The notes: generated by a model from the letters alone, not told the origin. A DNA stretch of 64,000 nucleotides from Candidatus Aenigmatarchaeota archaeon (GCA_016432325.1 CP066684.1:416001-480000), one strand, 5' to 3'; shown: positions 27,413 to 36,869, counted from the stretch's first letter. Numbers and translations are program-made.

Positions 27413-27943
27413 TCAGCCTGCCTGCACCGTGCCCGTGAAGTTCCTCGAAGGTTTGAATGTCAGGCCGCTCACGTCGTCTATGTACGATACGGTTACTTGT
27501 ATCTCGTACGACTGGCCTACGTTTCCGCATCTGATGCCCCTGCCGCCTGTGGACGTGTTCCTGCATATCTGAGTCTGCCCTGGGAATATGTCAGGCGTAC
27601 CTGTGCAGTCCGTGAGGACCGTCGAGCTCTCGTTGCTGGCGTTAAGGTAGATGTCCTTTATCTGCCCGGCGCCGTTGTTCTGCACGGAAACGGAGAAACG
27701 ACCTTCGCTGTCGCACAGGTAGCCCACGACCGCGAGCTGTTCGCCTGCCTGCGTTATCTGGGAAGACTGCGACGTCAGGGAGTTGCGGATGCCTCCTATA
27801 TTGAGCTGGAAGATGGCGATGCCGACGATGATTATGAGAGCTATGGCCCACGCGTAGTTCATTAGGTATTCGATGGCAGACTGTCCCTTCGGGGAGGGAC
27901 GCCTGTTGTCGTGGGGTTTGTTGGCAGAACGCATACTCTTCAT
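27413..27943 (-). CDS. Type IV pilin (GQSAIEYLMNYAWAI family)
   Basis: KG/QSAIEYLMNYAWAIALIIIVGI; paralog of 26751..27371. Confidence 0.88.
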   Translation of the reverse strand: MKSMRSANKPHDNRRPSPKGQSAIEYLMNYAWAIALIIIVGIAIFQLNIGGIRNSLTSQSSQITQAGEQLAVVGYLCDSEGRFSVSVQNNGAGQIKDIYLNASNESSTVLTDCTGTPDIFPGQTQICRNTSTGGRGIRCGNVGQSYEIQVTVSYIDDVSGLTFKPSRNFTGTVQAG

Positions 27944-27994
27944 GCCTTAAAGTAAGGGCTCTGTATATAAATGTGGATGAGTCCTAGGGAACTT

Positions 27995-28336
27995 ATGCCC
28001 CCGTACGTGACTGCCGCATTCGCCATCCTTCTGGGCTTCGAGATTCTGGCCGCGTACGCAACTGCCGCTACCGCGCTGCGTGCTGGAGGCGTCTACGGCA
28101 GGAGTCTCCAGTCTATTCTGGCCGCCGTTCTGTTCCTCGCCTGCGCGACTGCCGTGCGTCTGGGCTTTTACACCGGAATCCTGCCCCGCGCAGACGCGCT
28201 GGCCGTGGAGTCCTGCTTCTACACCTTCGCGTTCCTGAACTTCCTGCCCGCGACGCTGATGTGGAGAGGACTTGGAAGGGAGCGCGTCTCGTCCATCTCG
28301 GCCAACATAAAGGAGTTCTACGGTGAGATTACATGA
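27995..28336 (+). CDS. Small integral membrane protein (3 TM)
   Basis: Hydrophobic helices; start placed downstream of TATATAAA at 27964. Confidence 0.65.
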   Translation: MPPYVTAAFAILLGFEILAAYATAATALRAGGVYGRSLQSILAAVLFLACATAVRLGFYTGILPRADALAVESCFYTFAFLNFLPATLMWRGLGRERVSSISANIKEFYGEIT

Positions 28337-29007
28337 CGTTCACTGAAATCCTGTATACGGGAAAGGCCGTCCCCATGTTCGCCTATGTGACGCTGACGCT
28401 CCTCGCGTTTTTCGTCCTTATGCGCAATCCGCGGGCGCCTCTCAACCGCATCTTCTTCTTTCTGGCGATGGTCTCCTCGTTCTGGAACGTGGCGATGTTT
28501 CTAGTTCTCGGCTCGCAGACGCCTGAAGAGGCCGCGACGAACTGGAAGCTGTACGAACTGGCCGTCCTGCTGCTCGTTCCAACGTGGGTCAGTTTCGCCC
28601 TGCGTTTTGCCGGCAAGAGCGTCGCGCCGTCTCTCGTGTACGCGCCCAGCATGGCATTCGTTCCGCTGCTTTTTTTCACGGACCTGCTCTTCAAGGGAGT
28701 GACGCACGACGGCGCGTTCTACTATGAAGTGAACGGAGGAACGATGTTCGCCGTGTACAGCCTGTATATCCTCTCGTACATCCTTTACGGCCTCTACAAG
28801 TTGGTCGGCGCATACTTCTATTCCGCGGCAGAGGACAGGATGCGCATAAAGTGGGTGACCGGAGGGATAGGTGTCGTCGTTCTGACAGGCTCCATCGATA
28901 CGCTGCTCTCGTTGAGCGGCGCGACCGTACTGCCCATCGCCCCTGCAACCTCATTGATCGCCGTGGCGGCGATTGCCTATTCGTTCACTGTGGGTGAAAG
29001 CGCATGA
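28333..29007 (+). CDS. Stand-alone HisKA_7TM-like membrane sensor domain
   Basis: FVLMRNPRAPLNRIFF...P.WVSFA..F...EDRMRIKWV; 7 predicted TM; no kinase domain. Confidence 0.7.
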   Translation: MTFTEILYTGKAVPMFAYVTLTLLAFFVLMRNPRAPLNRIFFFLAMVSSFWNVAMFLVLGSQTPEEAATNWKLYELAVLLLVPTWVSFALRFAGKSVAPSLVYAPSMAFVPLLFFTDLLFKGVTHDGAFYYEVNGGTMFAVYSLYILSYILYGLYKLVGAYFYSAAEDRMRIKWVTGGIGVVVLTGSIDTLLSLSGATVLPIAPATSLIAVAAIAYSFTVGESA

Positions 29008-29282
29008 GCGACATCGGCCTGCTTCTGGGTCTTTTCGGGATTGCCGTGGGCCTCGGAGCCATAGCGGTGCTTTTCTTCAACGCCGACCGTGCCCTGCCCG
29101 CGTACAGGAGGATTAACGAACTGTTTTCCATCGTACTTCTGTCGATGCTTGTTGGCGCGTCTAGCCTTCTCCTTGGATTCCTGCTCTCTATTGAAACCTA
29201 CCCGGATGCGATAGCCGTCGTCTCGCAGATGGCCGGCGCTGCCGTCATCATATACGCCGTCAGGAACGCGGAGGCGCGCTAA
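29004..29282 (+). CDS. Small integral membrane protein (3 TM)
   Basis: Hydrophobic, ATGA-coupled to upstream gene. Confidence 0.65.
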   Translation: MSDIGLLLGLFGIAVGLGAIAVLFFNADRALPAYRRINELFSIVLLSMLVGASSLLLGFLLSIETYPDAIAVVSQMAGAAVIIYAVRNAEAR

Positions 29283-30223
29283 GCGCTGAGTCCAACCAGC
29301 CCGGCGATGAGGCCTTTCGCCACGAAAAAGACCGCGAAAGACGTGGCCAGGAAAAAGGGCACGAACTTCAGCCCGACGCGCATGCTGCCGTCCTTGACTA
29401 TCCCTATTCCGAGAGACGTGAAGAAGCTCGTTATCGCTATGGCGGCGAGGAAGAAGTTTCTGAGCATATCTGCCGGAGGAACCGATGTGGAAAAAGACAG
29501 CAGGCCGAGAGGCGAGCCCCCTGTTCCCTGCGCAGAGGCGACGGCGAATATCTCGCCGCTTGCCTCGACAAGATAAGACGAAAGAGCGAACAGCAGAGGA
29601 GACGCCACGAGAGCCGCGAAGCCCAGGAAAAGCGTGTATGTTGTTGTCGATGCGCGTATGTCGCGCGTTATGTTCCGCATGTCGTTGATGTTGCGCGCCA
29701 TTGCCGTGCATACTGTGTCGACGTTGACCCCGCTTTCGACGCTGCGGCACAGCGTTTCGATCGTCTTCGCATAGAGCTGCGATTCCACACGCGCGCGCGT
29801 GGCGCGCAACGCGTCCACCATCGAGACGCCGGTGTTCATCTCTATGACGGCCGTCGACATCTCGACACCGAGCTGCCCGAACTCGTCTGTCATCAGGAGC
29901 TGCATGGAGTCTTTTATCGGCAGTCCGGCCTTCACGTTGGACGCCAGCAGTTCGAGCGCGTCTGTCAGCGAATCCTCTACCTCCCGCGCCTTTGCGTAAG
30001 CCATGTAATCGAGAGCGAACACCGTGCCAACGAATATTATCACAAACGCCAAAACGGCGCCCGCGGCTGTCACCAGCACGCTCTGCGTTATGAAGAACAG
30101 CGACAGCGCCGCGGCGGCGCTCAGGGGCAGGGCCATCTTGACCTGCAGTTTCATCCACTCCGCGGGCTTAATGCGGAGAGACGTCTTCTCCAGCCTGCTC
30201 CTGACATAACTCTCGTAACTCAA
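29279..30223 (-). CDS. Type II/IV secretion F-family (TadC-like) pilus platform protein
   Basis: VEDSLTDALELLASNVKAG...EFGQL..E; TM pattern; next to ATPase. Confidence 0.9.
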   Translation of the reverse strand: MSYESYVRSRLEKTSLRIKPAEWMKLQVKMALPLSAAAALSLFFITQSVLVTAAGAVLAFVIIFVGTVFALDYMAYAKAREVEDSLTDALELLASNVKAGLPIKDSMQLLMTDEFGQLGVEMSTAVIEMNTGVSMVDALRATRARVESQLYAKTIETLCRSVESGVNVDTVCTAMARNINDMRNITRDIRASTTTYTLFLGFAALVASPLLFALSSYLVEASGEIFAVASAQGTGGSPLGLLSFSTSVPPADMLRNFFLAAIAITSFFTSLGIGIVKDGSMRVGLKFVPFFLATSFAVFFVAKGLIAGLVGLSA

Positions 30224-30226
30224 GCG

Positions 30227-31099
30227 CTACACCTCCACAAGCGGCCTCCTGCTCCTCAGGAAGCCGATGGCCGACGCGTGGAACATCAGAAGGAAGAACG
30301 TCAGCATGTAGACGAGCGACTCCGTTATCGCCAGCCCTGTGAAAGTGGACAGCATGACCATGAGCGTCAGCCCCATCGAAGGAAGAACGATTCCCACCAT
30401 CAGGTAGAGCGTGGCCCAGAGATTTATCTCCTGGCCGTACGCCTTTACCTGGGCCTTCGTCTCTTCTGTCAGGTTCTCTATGACGACGGAGAGAAGCGTC
30501 GGTATGTCAGCGCCGCTCCTTATTCCGTTGAAGATTCTCAGCATCGCCGACTTGTATAGCTTGCTCGTGTTCTTGCGCATGCTGCGTTCCATGGCGTCCT
30601 CCAGCGGCGTGCCGATTCTTATGTCCTTGACGATTTCATTCATCTCTTCAGAAAGGTGGCCGTAGCCTTCCGTGAGGAGATCGAGGGAGTCGACGAACGA
30701 CATTCCCGCGTCGAGTTCGACCGATATGTCGCGAAGCGCGAAGAGCAGTTCGCGGTCGATGAGTTGCGCGCGCTTGTGCGCCTGTACCTTCGGGAAGCTC
30801 ATCCAGTACAGCAGCGTCACCGCGCCCATCGACAGGCCTGCGATGAGGGAGAACCCGAAAAACTGCAGGGCCTGGCCGGCAAAAATGGCCAGGGAAAATA
30901 CGGTCAGGAACGCCAGGGAGCCCATAAGGACCGCGTTGGCCAGTCCCAGCGTCGCATACTCATCGGCCGTTTCTTCGGCGTGTATCGCGTCGAGATAATA
31001 TTTCAGGGAGGGGCTGAGCTGAACCATCGCCGCCGCAGGTCCCCTGAAAAACCGCCGTGTGAACGGCAGCGTCTTGCGTATCGGAAACGGAGGGATCAT
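30227..31099 (-). CDS. Type II/IV secretion F-family (TadB/C-like) pilus platform protein
   Basis: IDRELLFALRDISVELDAG...YGHLSEE...GTPLEDA. Confidence 0.9.
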   Translation of the reverse strand: MIPPFPIRKTLPFTRRFFRGPAAAMVQLSPSLKYYLDAIHAEETADEYATLGLANAVLMGSLAFLTVFSLAIFAGQALQFFGFSLIAGLSMGAVTLLYWMSFPKVQAHKRAQLIDRELLFALRDISVELDAGMSFVDSLDLLTEGYGHLSEEMNEIVKDIRIGTPLEDAMERSMRKNTSKLYKSAMLRIFNGIRSGADIPTLLSVVIENLTEETKAQVKAYGQEINLWATLYLMVGIVLPSMGLTLMVMLSTFTGLAITESLVYMLTFFLLMFHASAIGFLRSRRPLVEV

Positions 31100-31145
31100 T
31101 TACCAACCTCGTTCAAAACAAGTAAAATTGCCGCGCGTTTTCATG

Positions 31146-32744
31146 TCAGACACCTTCAGCGCCGCGGTCTCCTTCAGGAGGCTTGCCCCTGCTCATCGCC
31201 CCGAGCAGGTCCTCCTTGTCCGTGTAGTACGCGTTTATGACCTTCGACACCTCTTCGATGCTCCTGACATTCTCCGCGAGCATCCAGTTGAGTATGCGCG
31301 TCTTCTCTTCAAGGTCCTGATCCATCTCCTGCCTGGTCATGCCGCTGAAGAAGAGCAGCTCTTCGACGAGGCGGGCGCTCTCTCCCACCCGTTCAAGAGC
31401 GTCCTTGCGCGCGTTCCACCTGAAGAGGGTGTTTGCCTTGACGTCGACGCGTTCAAACGAGTCGCCGGTGGATGTGATCTCGGCCACCTCAAGGGTGCGC
31501 CTGAAGCCCAGCCGCTTCTGCCTGTACTGGACGAGCGCCAGATGCATGGAAGCCATCATCGTCTTCGGCACGTTGATTGGCGGGTTCAGGAGACGGCGGA
31601 AGATGCCGTCGATGCGCGTGGCGTGGAGCGTTGAGTACGTCGAATGTCCTGTGTCCGAAGCCTCGAACAGGGTCTGCGCCTCCTGCGAGGTGCGGACTTC
31701 TCCCAGAACGATGCGATCCGGGCGCATGCGCATGGCGCTCAGCATCAGGTCGAGCACGGTTATCTGGTCCGCCTTTTCCCCGACCGACGCGCGCGTCGTA
31801 AGCGGTATCCAGTGCAGCGTCTCCGGAAGGTTCAATTCGCGCGCGTCCTCTATGGATATTATCCGCTGCTCCGGAGGGACGAACAGGAGAACGGCGTTGA
31901 GAAGCGACGTCTTCCCCGAGGCCGTGCCGCCTGCTATGAGCATGTTGAGCTCGTACTGCACAGACGTCCACAGAAGCGCGGCCACCTCGGGCGAGAGCGT
32001 CTTTATGTCCGGCGATATGAAGTCCACGATGGTCCACGGGTTTCGCCTGAACTTGCGTATGGTAAGCGTGTTGCCTTTGGTCGATATGGGATAGAGCGTC
32101 GCAGTGACGCGGTCTCCTGTGACGAGCATGGCGTCGTCCAGAAGGGGCCGCGCGATGTTTATCTCCTTGCCGAACCGGCTGGCTATCTTCTCGGCCAAAT
32201 CGTCTATCGCCTTTTCCGTGGCTATCACTACGTTCGTAGTCAGCCAGCCGTACTTCCTGTGGTAAACCATCGCAGGCACGCCCGAAGAGTTCACGCAGAT
32301 TTCCTCAAGGCTGTCGTCGTGCAGGAGCGGTTCCAGTTTGTCGAGCCCTATCATCTCCATGAGCAGCCGCACCGCGAGCATCTTCTTCTCGCGCGCGCCG
32401 AGATTGGGCATCATAGTTTCGAGGATGTCGTAGGTCGTCGATTCGAAGCGCTCTTCCACGTTCCTGTATTCGTCTACGGTCGTGAACTTCAGGCTCGTGG
32501 GCTTGAACCTCTTTATGAGCTGGGAGCGTATCTCGGCCTCTGTTCCGGGTCCCGTAGGCGTCAACGCCGGGTACTTCAGGATGTAGGAAGGGGTTGCGCG
32601 CCCCTCCGTGCGGCTTATCTCGATTTCCATCGGCACGCCGCGAACGGCTATTGTATAGTTCTCGAAGACCTTTCCCGCGTGCGTCGTCCGTTCGTGCACG
32701 TCTTCAAGCAGCCTGCCGATGATTTCCTGAGGAGCCTCGACCAT
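31146..32744 (-). CDS. Type IV pilus assembly ATPase (VirB11/CpaF/FlaI family)
   Basis: Walker A GGTASGKT, SIED..EL, MRMRPDRIVLGEVR, TGH...T.HA; start placed at ATG 32744. Confidence 0.95.
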   Translation of the reverse strand: MVEAPQEIIGRLLEDVHERTTHAGKVFENYTIAVRGVPMEIEISRTEGRATPSYILKYPALTPTGPGTEAEIRSQLIKRFKPTSLKFTTVDEYRNVEERFESTTYDILETMMPNLGAREKKMLAVRLLMEMIGLDKLEPLLHDDSLEEICVNSSGVPAMVYHRKYGWLTTNVVIATEKAIDDLAEKIASRFGKEINIARPLLDDAMLVTGDRVTATLYPISTKGNTLTIRKFRRNPWTIVDFISPDIKTLSPEVAALLWTSVQYELNMLIAGGTASGKTSLLNAVLLFVPPEQRIISIEDARELNLPETLHWIPLTTRASVGEKADQITVLDLMLSAMRMRPDRIVLGEVRTSQEAQTLFEASDTGHSTYSTLHATRIDGIFRRLLNPPINVPKTMMASMHLALVQYRQKRLGFRRTLEVAEITSTGDSFERVDVKANTLFRWNARKDALERVGESARLVEELLFFSGMTRQEMDQDLEEKTRILNWMLAENVRSIEEVSKVINAYYTDKEDLLGAMSRGKPPEGDRGAEGV

Positions 32745-32786
32745 AAGGGACCAAAAACACTTTATATTGGGCATTATATAAAACTA

Positions 32787-32853
32787 CTTGAAACAGCGGT
32801 TTTAGAGTTCTTACGAACAGCGGTTCGTAAGTTTGCGAATGCACGTTCGCAAA
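32787..32853. repeat. Three tandem hairpins in divergent promoter region
   Basis: CTTGAAAC-AGCG-GTTTTAG; CTTACGAAC-AGCG-GTTCGTAAG; TTTGCGAA-TGCACG-TTCGCAAA. Confidence 0.75.
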
Positions 32854-32895
32854 TACCTCGTCCGCTCGTTAACTAGTAAGGACACGGTGATCACG

Positions 32896-33516
32896 ATGGT
32901 ATTGGGGTCTCAGAGTCTCGAACCGGAGAGTCGCTTCAGGCTGGCCCTGAAAAGGCTCATTGGGGCCACGACAGAAGAGGAGACCAAAGAGGCCATCATG
33001 GACCTCGAGGAGTCGCTGCGGCTGATTCTGGAGAAACGGGACCGCGAGTGGAGCGCTCTTCTGCAGGAGAAGGGCGCCGGGGCGCCGTCGTACCCGCAAG
33101 ACATGAAAGGGTTCGCTGCCGAGCTGGCCCGCGAGGCGGCGGCCGCCGTCGAGGCCAAGATAGACTCCAAGATATCTCAGATACGACTGCCTGCGACTGA
33201 GGGACCTCCGCAGATAATCCCCTCTTCTTCAGAAAGCGGTCAAAGACTTGACACGATCGAAGAAAAGATAGAACACTTGCGCGAAATCGTCAAGGGCGAA
33301 CTGCAACCAGAAACCAAGGAGACGCTGAAGAAAGAGATCCGCACAAGCATCGAGGGCCACATGTCCGCGGACGACGAGCTCGCACGCATGATAGCGGAAC
33401 TTGTCCAAGAGCTGCGCGGCCAACTGCTCGCCGAGCTGAAGACCGAGCTTACCGAAGAGGTCAAGGCCGCAATAAAGGACGAGATAAAAAACGAGTTGCG
33501 AAAGGAACTTCTGTGA
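32896..33516 (+). CDS. Acidic coiled-coil hypothetical protein
   Basis: GGTGA RBS before ATG 32896; E/K/L heptad-like repeats. Confidence 0.7.
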   Translation: MVLGSQSLEPESRFRLALKRLIGATTEEETKEAIMDLEESLRLILEKRDREWSALLQEKGAGAPSYPQDMKGFAAELAREAAAAVEAKIDSKISQIRLPATEGPPQIIPSSSESGQRLDTIEEKIEHLREIVKGELQPETKETLKKEIRTSIEGHMSADDELARMIAELVQELRGQLLAELKTELTEEVKAAIKDEIKNELRKELL

Positions 33517-33531
33517 CGTCTTGGACGTTTC

Positions 33532-34206
33532 CTAGACCCACTCCATTCTTCTTATTTCGTATACGCCCGAATCGCCGAACCATTTCTTTTCCGCTTCGAG
33601 CACGCGTATTCTCTTCCCGTTGTATAGAGGGCATGCTATCACAAGCGACTCGGCTTCCCCTCCTTCGAACCCCATATGTATGCCTGTTCGTTCCTTTATC
33701 GCTTTCAACTCTTCCACCGCGCGCCCGTCCACGACGCGCCCGAGCCACTTCTGCGTAAGGCCTTCGGCCGCGACAGCCGTGACCATCACCTCGAAGCCGT
33801 CCCTGAGCAGCAGCGGCCAGTACTCTTTCTCGTCGACCTTCCACAACGGGTTGTAGCCCTTGAGTCCCAGACGCCCGCAGATTTCCACTATGCGCGTATA
33901 TTGGTAGTTGGACGCCAACGCGCCCGTGACGATGCCGTCAACCTTGCCTGCCACGCGCTTGAGAAGCTCCTCCAAATCCGCGAGCTCCTCTTCCTTGACG
34001 CCCTTCGTGTGCGCCACCAGAATCGGAATCCCAAGAACTTTCGCGATCTCCTCTGTTATCCAGACGTTGACGTGCTGGAACATGTAGCTGTGCTCGTTCG
34101 CCGAACGCACGTTCAGCAGATAGTCTATCGTATGCCCCTCCTTCTTGGCGAGATATGCCGCATACATCGAATCTTTTCCGCCTGAGACGAGAGCCGCGAG
34201 ACGCAT
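33532..34206 (-). CDS. dph6: Diphthine--ammonia ligase
   Basis: SGGKDS PP-loop, SYMFQ, GA.AS.YQ, PLW, GFEGGEAES. Confidence 0.9.
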   Translation of the reverse strand: MRLAALVSGGKDSMYAAYLAKKEGHTIDYLLNVRSANEHSYMFQHVNVWITEEIAKVLGIPILVAHTKGVKEEELADLEELLKRVAGKVDGIVTGALASNYQYTRIVEICGRLGLKGYNPLWKVDEKEYWPLLLRDGFEVMVTAVAAEGLTQKWLGRVVDGRAVEELKAIKERTGIHMGFEGGEAESLVIACPLYNGKRIRVLEAEKKWFGDSGVYEIRRMEWV

Positions 34207-34467
34207 GCCCCACATAACGCAGAAAGGCATAAAAACGTACGGCCGTCGATGTTTACGCGCGCCGCTGTGCAAAGGTTTTTATCTTTATGCGTGTATAGCA
34301 CTGTGTGGAGTGTGTGGAATGAACCATCCCGCAGGGGATGATGCAGTCCCAATACATCATTGGATACGTGTTCTGCAGACCGGCGAGCGTTAGCTTTCGG
34401 GCCGGCTTTCCGGCGAGAGTTAACCCACCGATTTGCGCTGTAAGAGCGGGATGCAGTCGTACGAAGA

Positions 34468-35391
34468 ATGTGGGGGTGTATCAGTATGGTATTGATGGCA
34501 GTGCCATTTAGCTGGGACGAGGACGAGAGCGGAGAAAACGGACCGCCTGCCGGTCCTTATGTTGGGCCTTTCCAACTTAGGGAACAGATCCTGCGCGAGA
34601 AGAAGATGGAAGACGCGCACAGGCTGCATTTCGCGATACAGAATATCCGCGCGTCGCCCGGCTACAAGTTGTTGGACGACCAGTACGACGGCTTTAAGTG
34701 GCGTCTCGATAGCGCATCGCAGTCATACGGCCATGTAGAACTCGAACAGTGGCTCGAACCGACTCTGGACGTCGTGCAGGACGGCTTCAAACGGCTCAAG
34801 GAACGCGGCGTCGACCCTGTGGCAGGCCTGAACATGATGGGCGTCGATCCTGACACGCTCAGGGAACTCGAGGAGCTGATGCGCAGGCACGACAAGAAAA
34901 TCGAGAGAGTGGTCACGCGGAAGAGCGAGGAACTCATGGAAGAGATTGACGAACTGAAGGAGTACGAGGAACGGCGCGACGCAACTGCCCGCGACGACGG
35001 GCTTAACGCAGCCATTCTCGGCGGTTGGGGACTCGCGGGCACGACCCTCGCAGTGCTGGGCGGCCAGATAGCCGAAAAGATAGCCGGTATCGGCGAAGGC
35101 GTGAACTCCAATACCCTCAGAGCCATAGGCTACGGCATGACAGGCAGCTCGGCCGCGACGCTGCTTGCGCTGGCCGCGTACGAATGGAAGAAGAATGAGA
35201 TAGACGCGGGCATAGAGGATACCAAAGAACTCATGATCGACGGCGCCGCTTATGCGGCAGACGGGTTCCGCGCCGCCCGAAAGAAGGTTGCCGGCGCGTT
35301 CGCAACGCCTCCGGGCGTTCTCGACTGGTTCATAGGCTCGCCGTCAGGCGAAAGAAGAAAGCACGGCAAGAACGGCCGCGGCTCGGACTGA
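34468..35391 (+). CDS. Hypothetical protein: coiled coil plus Gly/Ala-rich hydrophobic hairpin
   Basis: ORF with host-like codon usage; start uncertain. Confidence 0.65.
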   Translation: MWGCISMVLMAVPFSWDEDESGENGPPAGPYVGPFQLREQILREKKMEDAHRLHFAIQNIRASPGYKLLDDQYDGFKWRLDSASQSYGHVELEQWLEPTLDVVQDGFKRLKERGVDPVAGLNMMGVDPDTLRELEELMRRHDKKIERVVTRKSEELMEEIDELKEYEERRDATARDDGLNAAILGGWGLAGTTLAVLGGQIAEKIAGIGEGVNSNTLRAIGYGMTGSSAATLLALAAYEWKKNEIDAGIEDTKELMIDGAAYAADGFRAARKKVAGAFATPPGVLDWFIGSPSGERRKHGKNGRGSD

Positions 35392-35587
35392 AACGGGAAA
35401 CGTCGCAACCCCATAAACCCTGTAAACAAATGTTATACGGCGATTGGCGATGGGGTATATAAATAGGCGTAGTCCGCTTTGGGTGGTTAAAACCGACGAT
35501 AGCTTTATATACCACCCGTGGCAATATAATCCCAGCGTATAGGGGTGTCACTATCCATCGATGGTGATGCTTCAAGGGGTGTGTGAT

Positions 35588-35788
35588 ATGGCGAATAAAC
35601 CGATGATGGCAAGGCTGAAGGCCGACGTCAAGGACGGCAAGGGCGGGTTCATACCTTTCGAGGCTCTGGACTCCGGCATGGTAGTCTTCCTCAAGAGGAA
35701 CAACTACGCGATACAGGCCGTGCGCGAACAGAACACGTACTGGTACAAACCAAACCGTCCGAGAGGCCTGCGCGCGGCGGCGTCCTAG
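35588..35788 (+). CDS. Small basic hypothetical protein co-transcribed with tfb
   Basis: GTGA RBS, ends 2 nt before tfb. Confidence 0.6.
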   Translation: MANKPMMARLKADVKDGKGGFIPFEALDSGMVVFLKRNNYAIQAVREQNTYWYKPNRPRGLRAAAS

Positions 35789-35790
35789 TT

Positions 35791-36807
35791 ATGGTCAAAC
35801 GTTCACAGAGGCCGAAAACCGTGAAAGTCAAGGAGAAGGCGAATCAGATGGTTGGCCGCGCCAAGACTGCCTCGAAAGTGATGCACGGCAAGTTCAAGTG
35901 CCCGGACTGCGGCTCTTCTCACATGCTCGAAGACTCAAGCCGCGGCGAGGTTTCTTGCGGCAACTGCGGACTGATTCTCGAAGAGAACATAATCGATCTC
36001 ACCCAGGAATGGCGCGCGTTCGACCAGGAGCAGCGCTCCAAGCGCGCGCGCACGGGCGCCCCGCTGACGCACACGAAGCACGACAAAGGCATGATAACCG
36101 AGATAGGCCGAGGCTCTGGAGAGCTTTTCAAGGTCTCCGCACGCAAACGCGCGCAATATTACAGGCTCCGCAAGTGGCAGAAGCGTCTCATCGAAAGCAA
36201 AGACCGCAACCTGTCGTTCGCTCTCTCAGAACTGCAGCGTCTCGTTTCGTTCCTCGGACTGCCGAAGAACGTCCACGAGGAAGTTGCAAAACAGTACGAG
36301 AAGGCCGTTGACAAGGGGCTCGTGCGCGGCCGCTCGATGGAGAGCGTCGTCGCGGCTCTCCTATACGCGATATGCCGCGAGTACAAGACGCCCCGAACGC
36401 TGGACGAAATCACGGATGCTTCTGGCGTGGACAAGCGCGAGATCGGGCGCACGTACCGTTATGTGTGCAGAGAGCTTGAGATACGCATACTTCCCTCGCA
36501 GCCCGAAGACTACATACCGCGCTTCGCCACGATGCTCGGCTTGTCTGACAAGGTGCAGGCCGGCGCGATGGAAGTTCTCAGGAAGGCGAAGAAATACGAT
36601 CTCGCCTCTGGTAAGGGTCCGACCGGCGTGGCCGCGGCCGCTTTGTACATCGCCGCCGTGCTCGCAGACGAGAAGCGCACGCAACGCGAGGTCGCCGACG
36701 TCGTCGGCGTCACAGAAGTCACGATACGCAACCGCTACAAGGAGATAGTGGACAAGCTCGGCATCGAAGAGGAGGTCGAGAAAAAAATCAAAGAGGATGA
36801 AGATTGA
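35791..36807 (+). CDS. tfb: Transcription initiation factor IIB
   Basis: CPDC..CGNCG zinc ribbon, EWRAF, R.G.P, two cyclin repeats (GRS, GK.P.G.AAA, VTEVTIRNRYKE). Confidence 0.98.
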   Translation: MVKRSQRPKTVKVKEKANQMVGRAKTASKVMHGKFKCPDCGSSHMLEDSSRGEVSCGNCGLILEENIIDLTQEWRAFDQEQRSKRARTGAPLTHTKHDKGMITEIGRGSGELFKVSARKRAQYYRLRKWQKRLIESKDRNLSFALSELQRLVSFLGLPKNVHEEVAKQYEKAVDKGLVRGRSMESVVAALLYAICREYKTPRTLDEITDASGVDKREIGRTYRYVCRELEIRILPSQPEDYIPRFATMLGLSDKVQAGAMEVLRKAKKYDLASGKGPTGVAAAALYIAAVLADEKRTQREVADVVGVTEVTIRNRYKEIVDKLGIEEEVEKKIKEDED

Positions 36808-36869
36808 TTTTTTTCACATTTTCCGCCATGCGTAAAATCGAGAAGAAGATTAAGGAAGATGAAGATTAG
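36775..36869 (+). repeat. Synonymously recoded duplication of the last 10 tfb codons plus stop
   Basis: 36775..36807 VEKKIKEDED-TGA versus 36837..36869 IEKKIKEDED-TAG. Confidence 0.9.

Noticed and set aside
34300-34470. C/D sRNA or 57-aa ORF upstream of 34468
   Set aside because: Boxes degenerate, ORF without motifs; insufficient support
35395-35560. Replication origin in the AT-richer intergenic region with GGGTGGT/ACCACCC inverted repeat
   Set aside because: No ORB-like repeats or cdc6/orc1 neighbour; explained as tfb operon promoter
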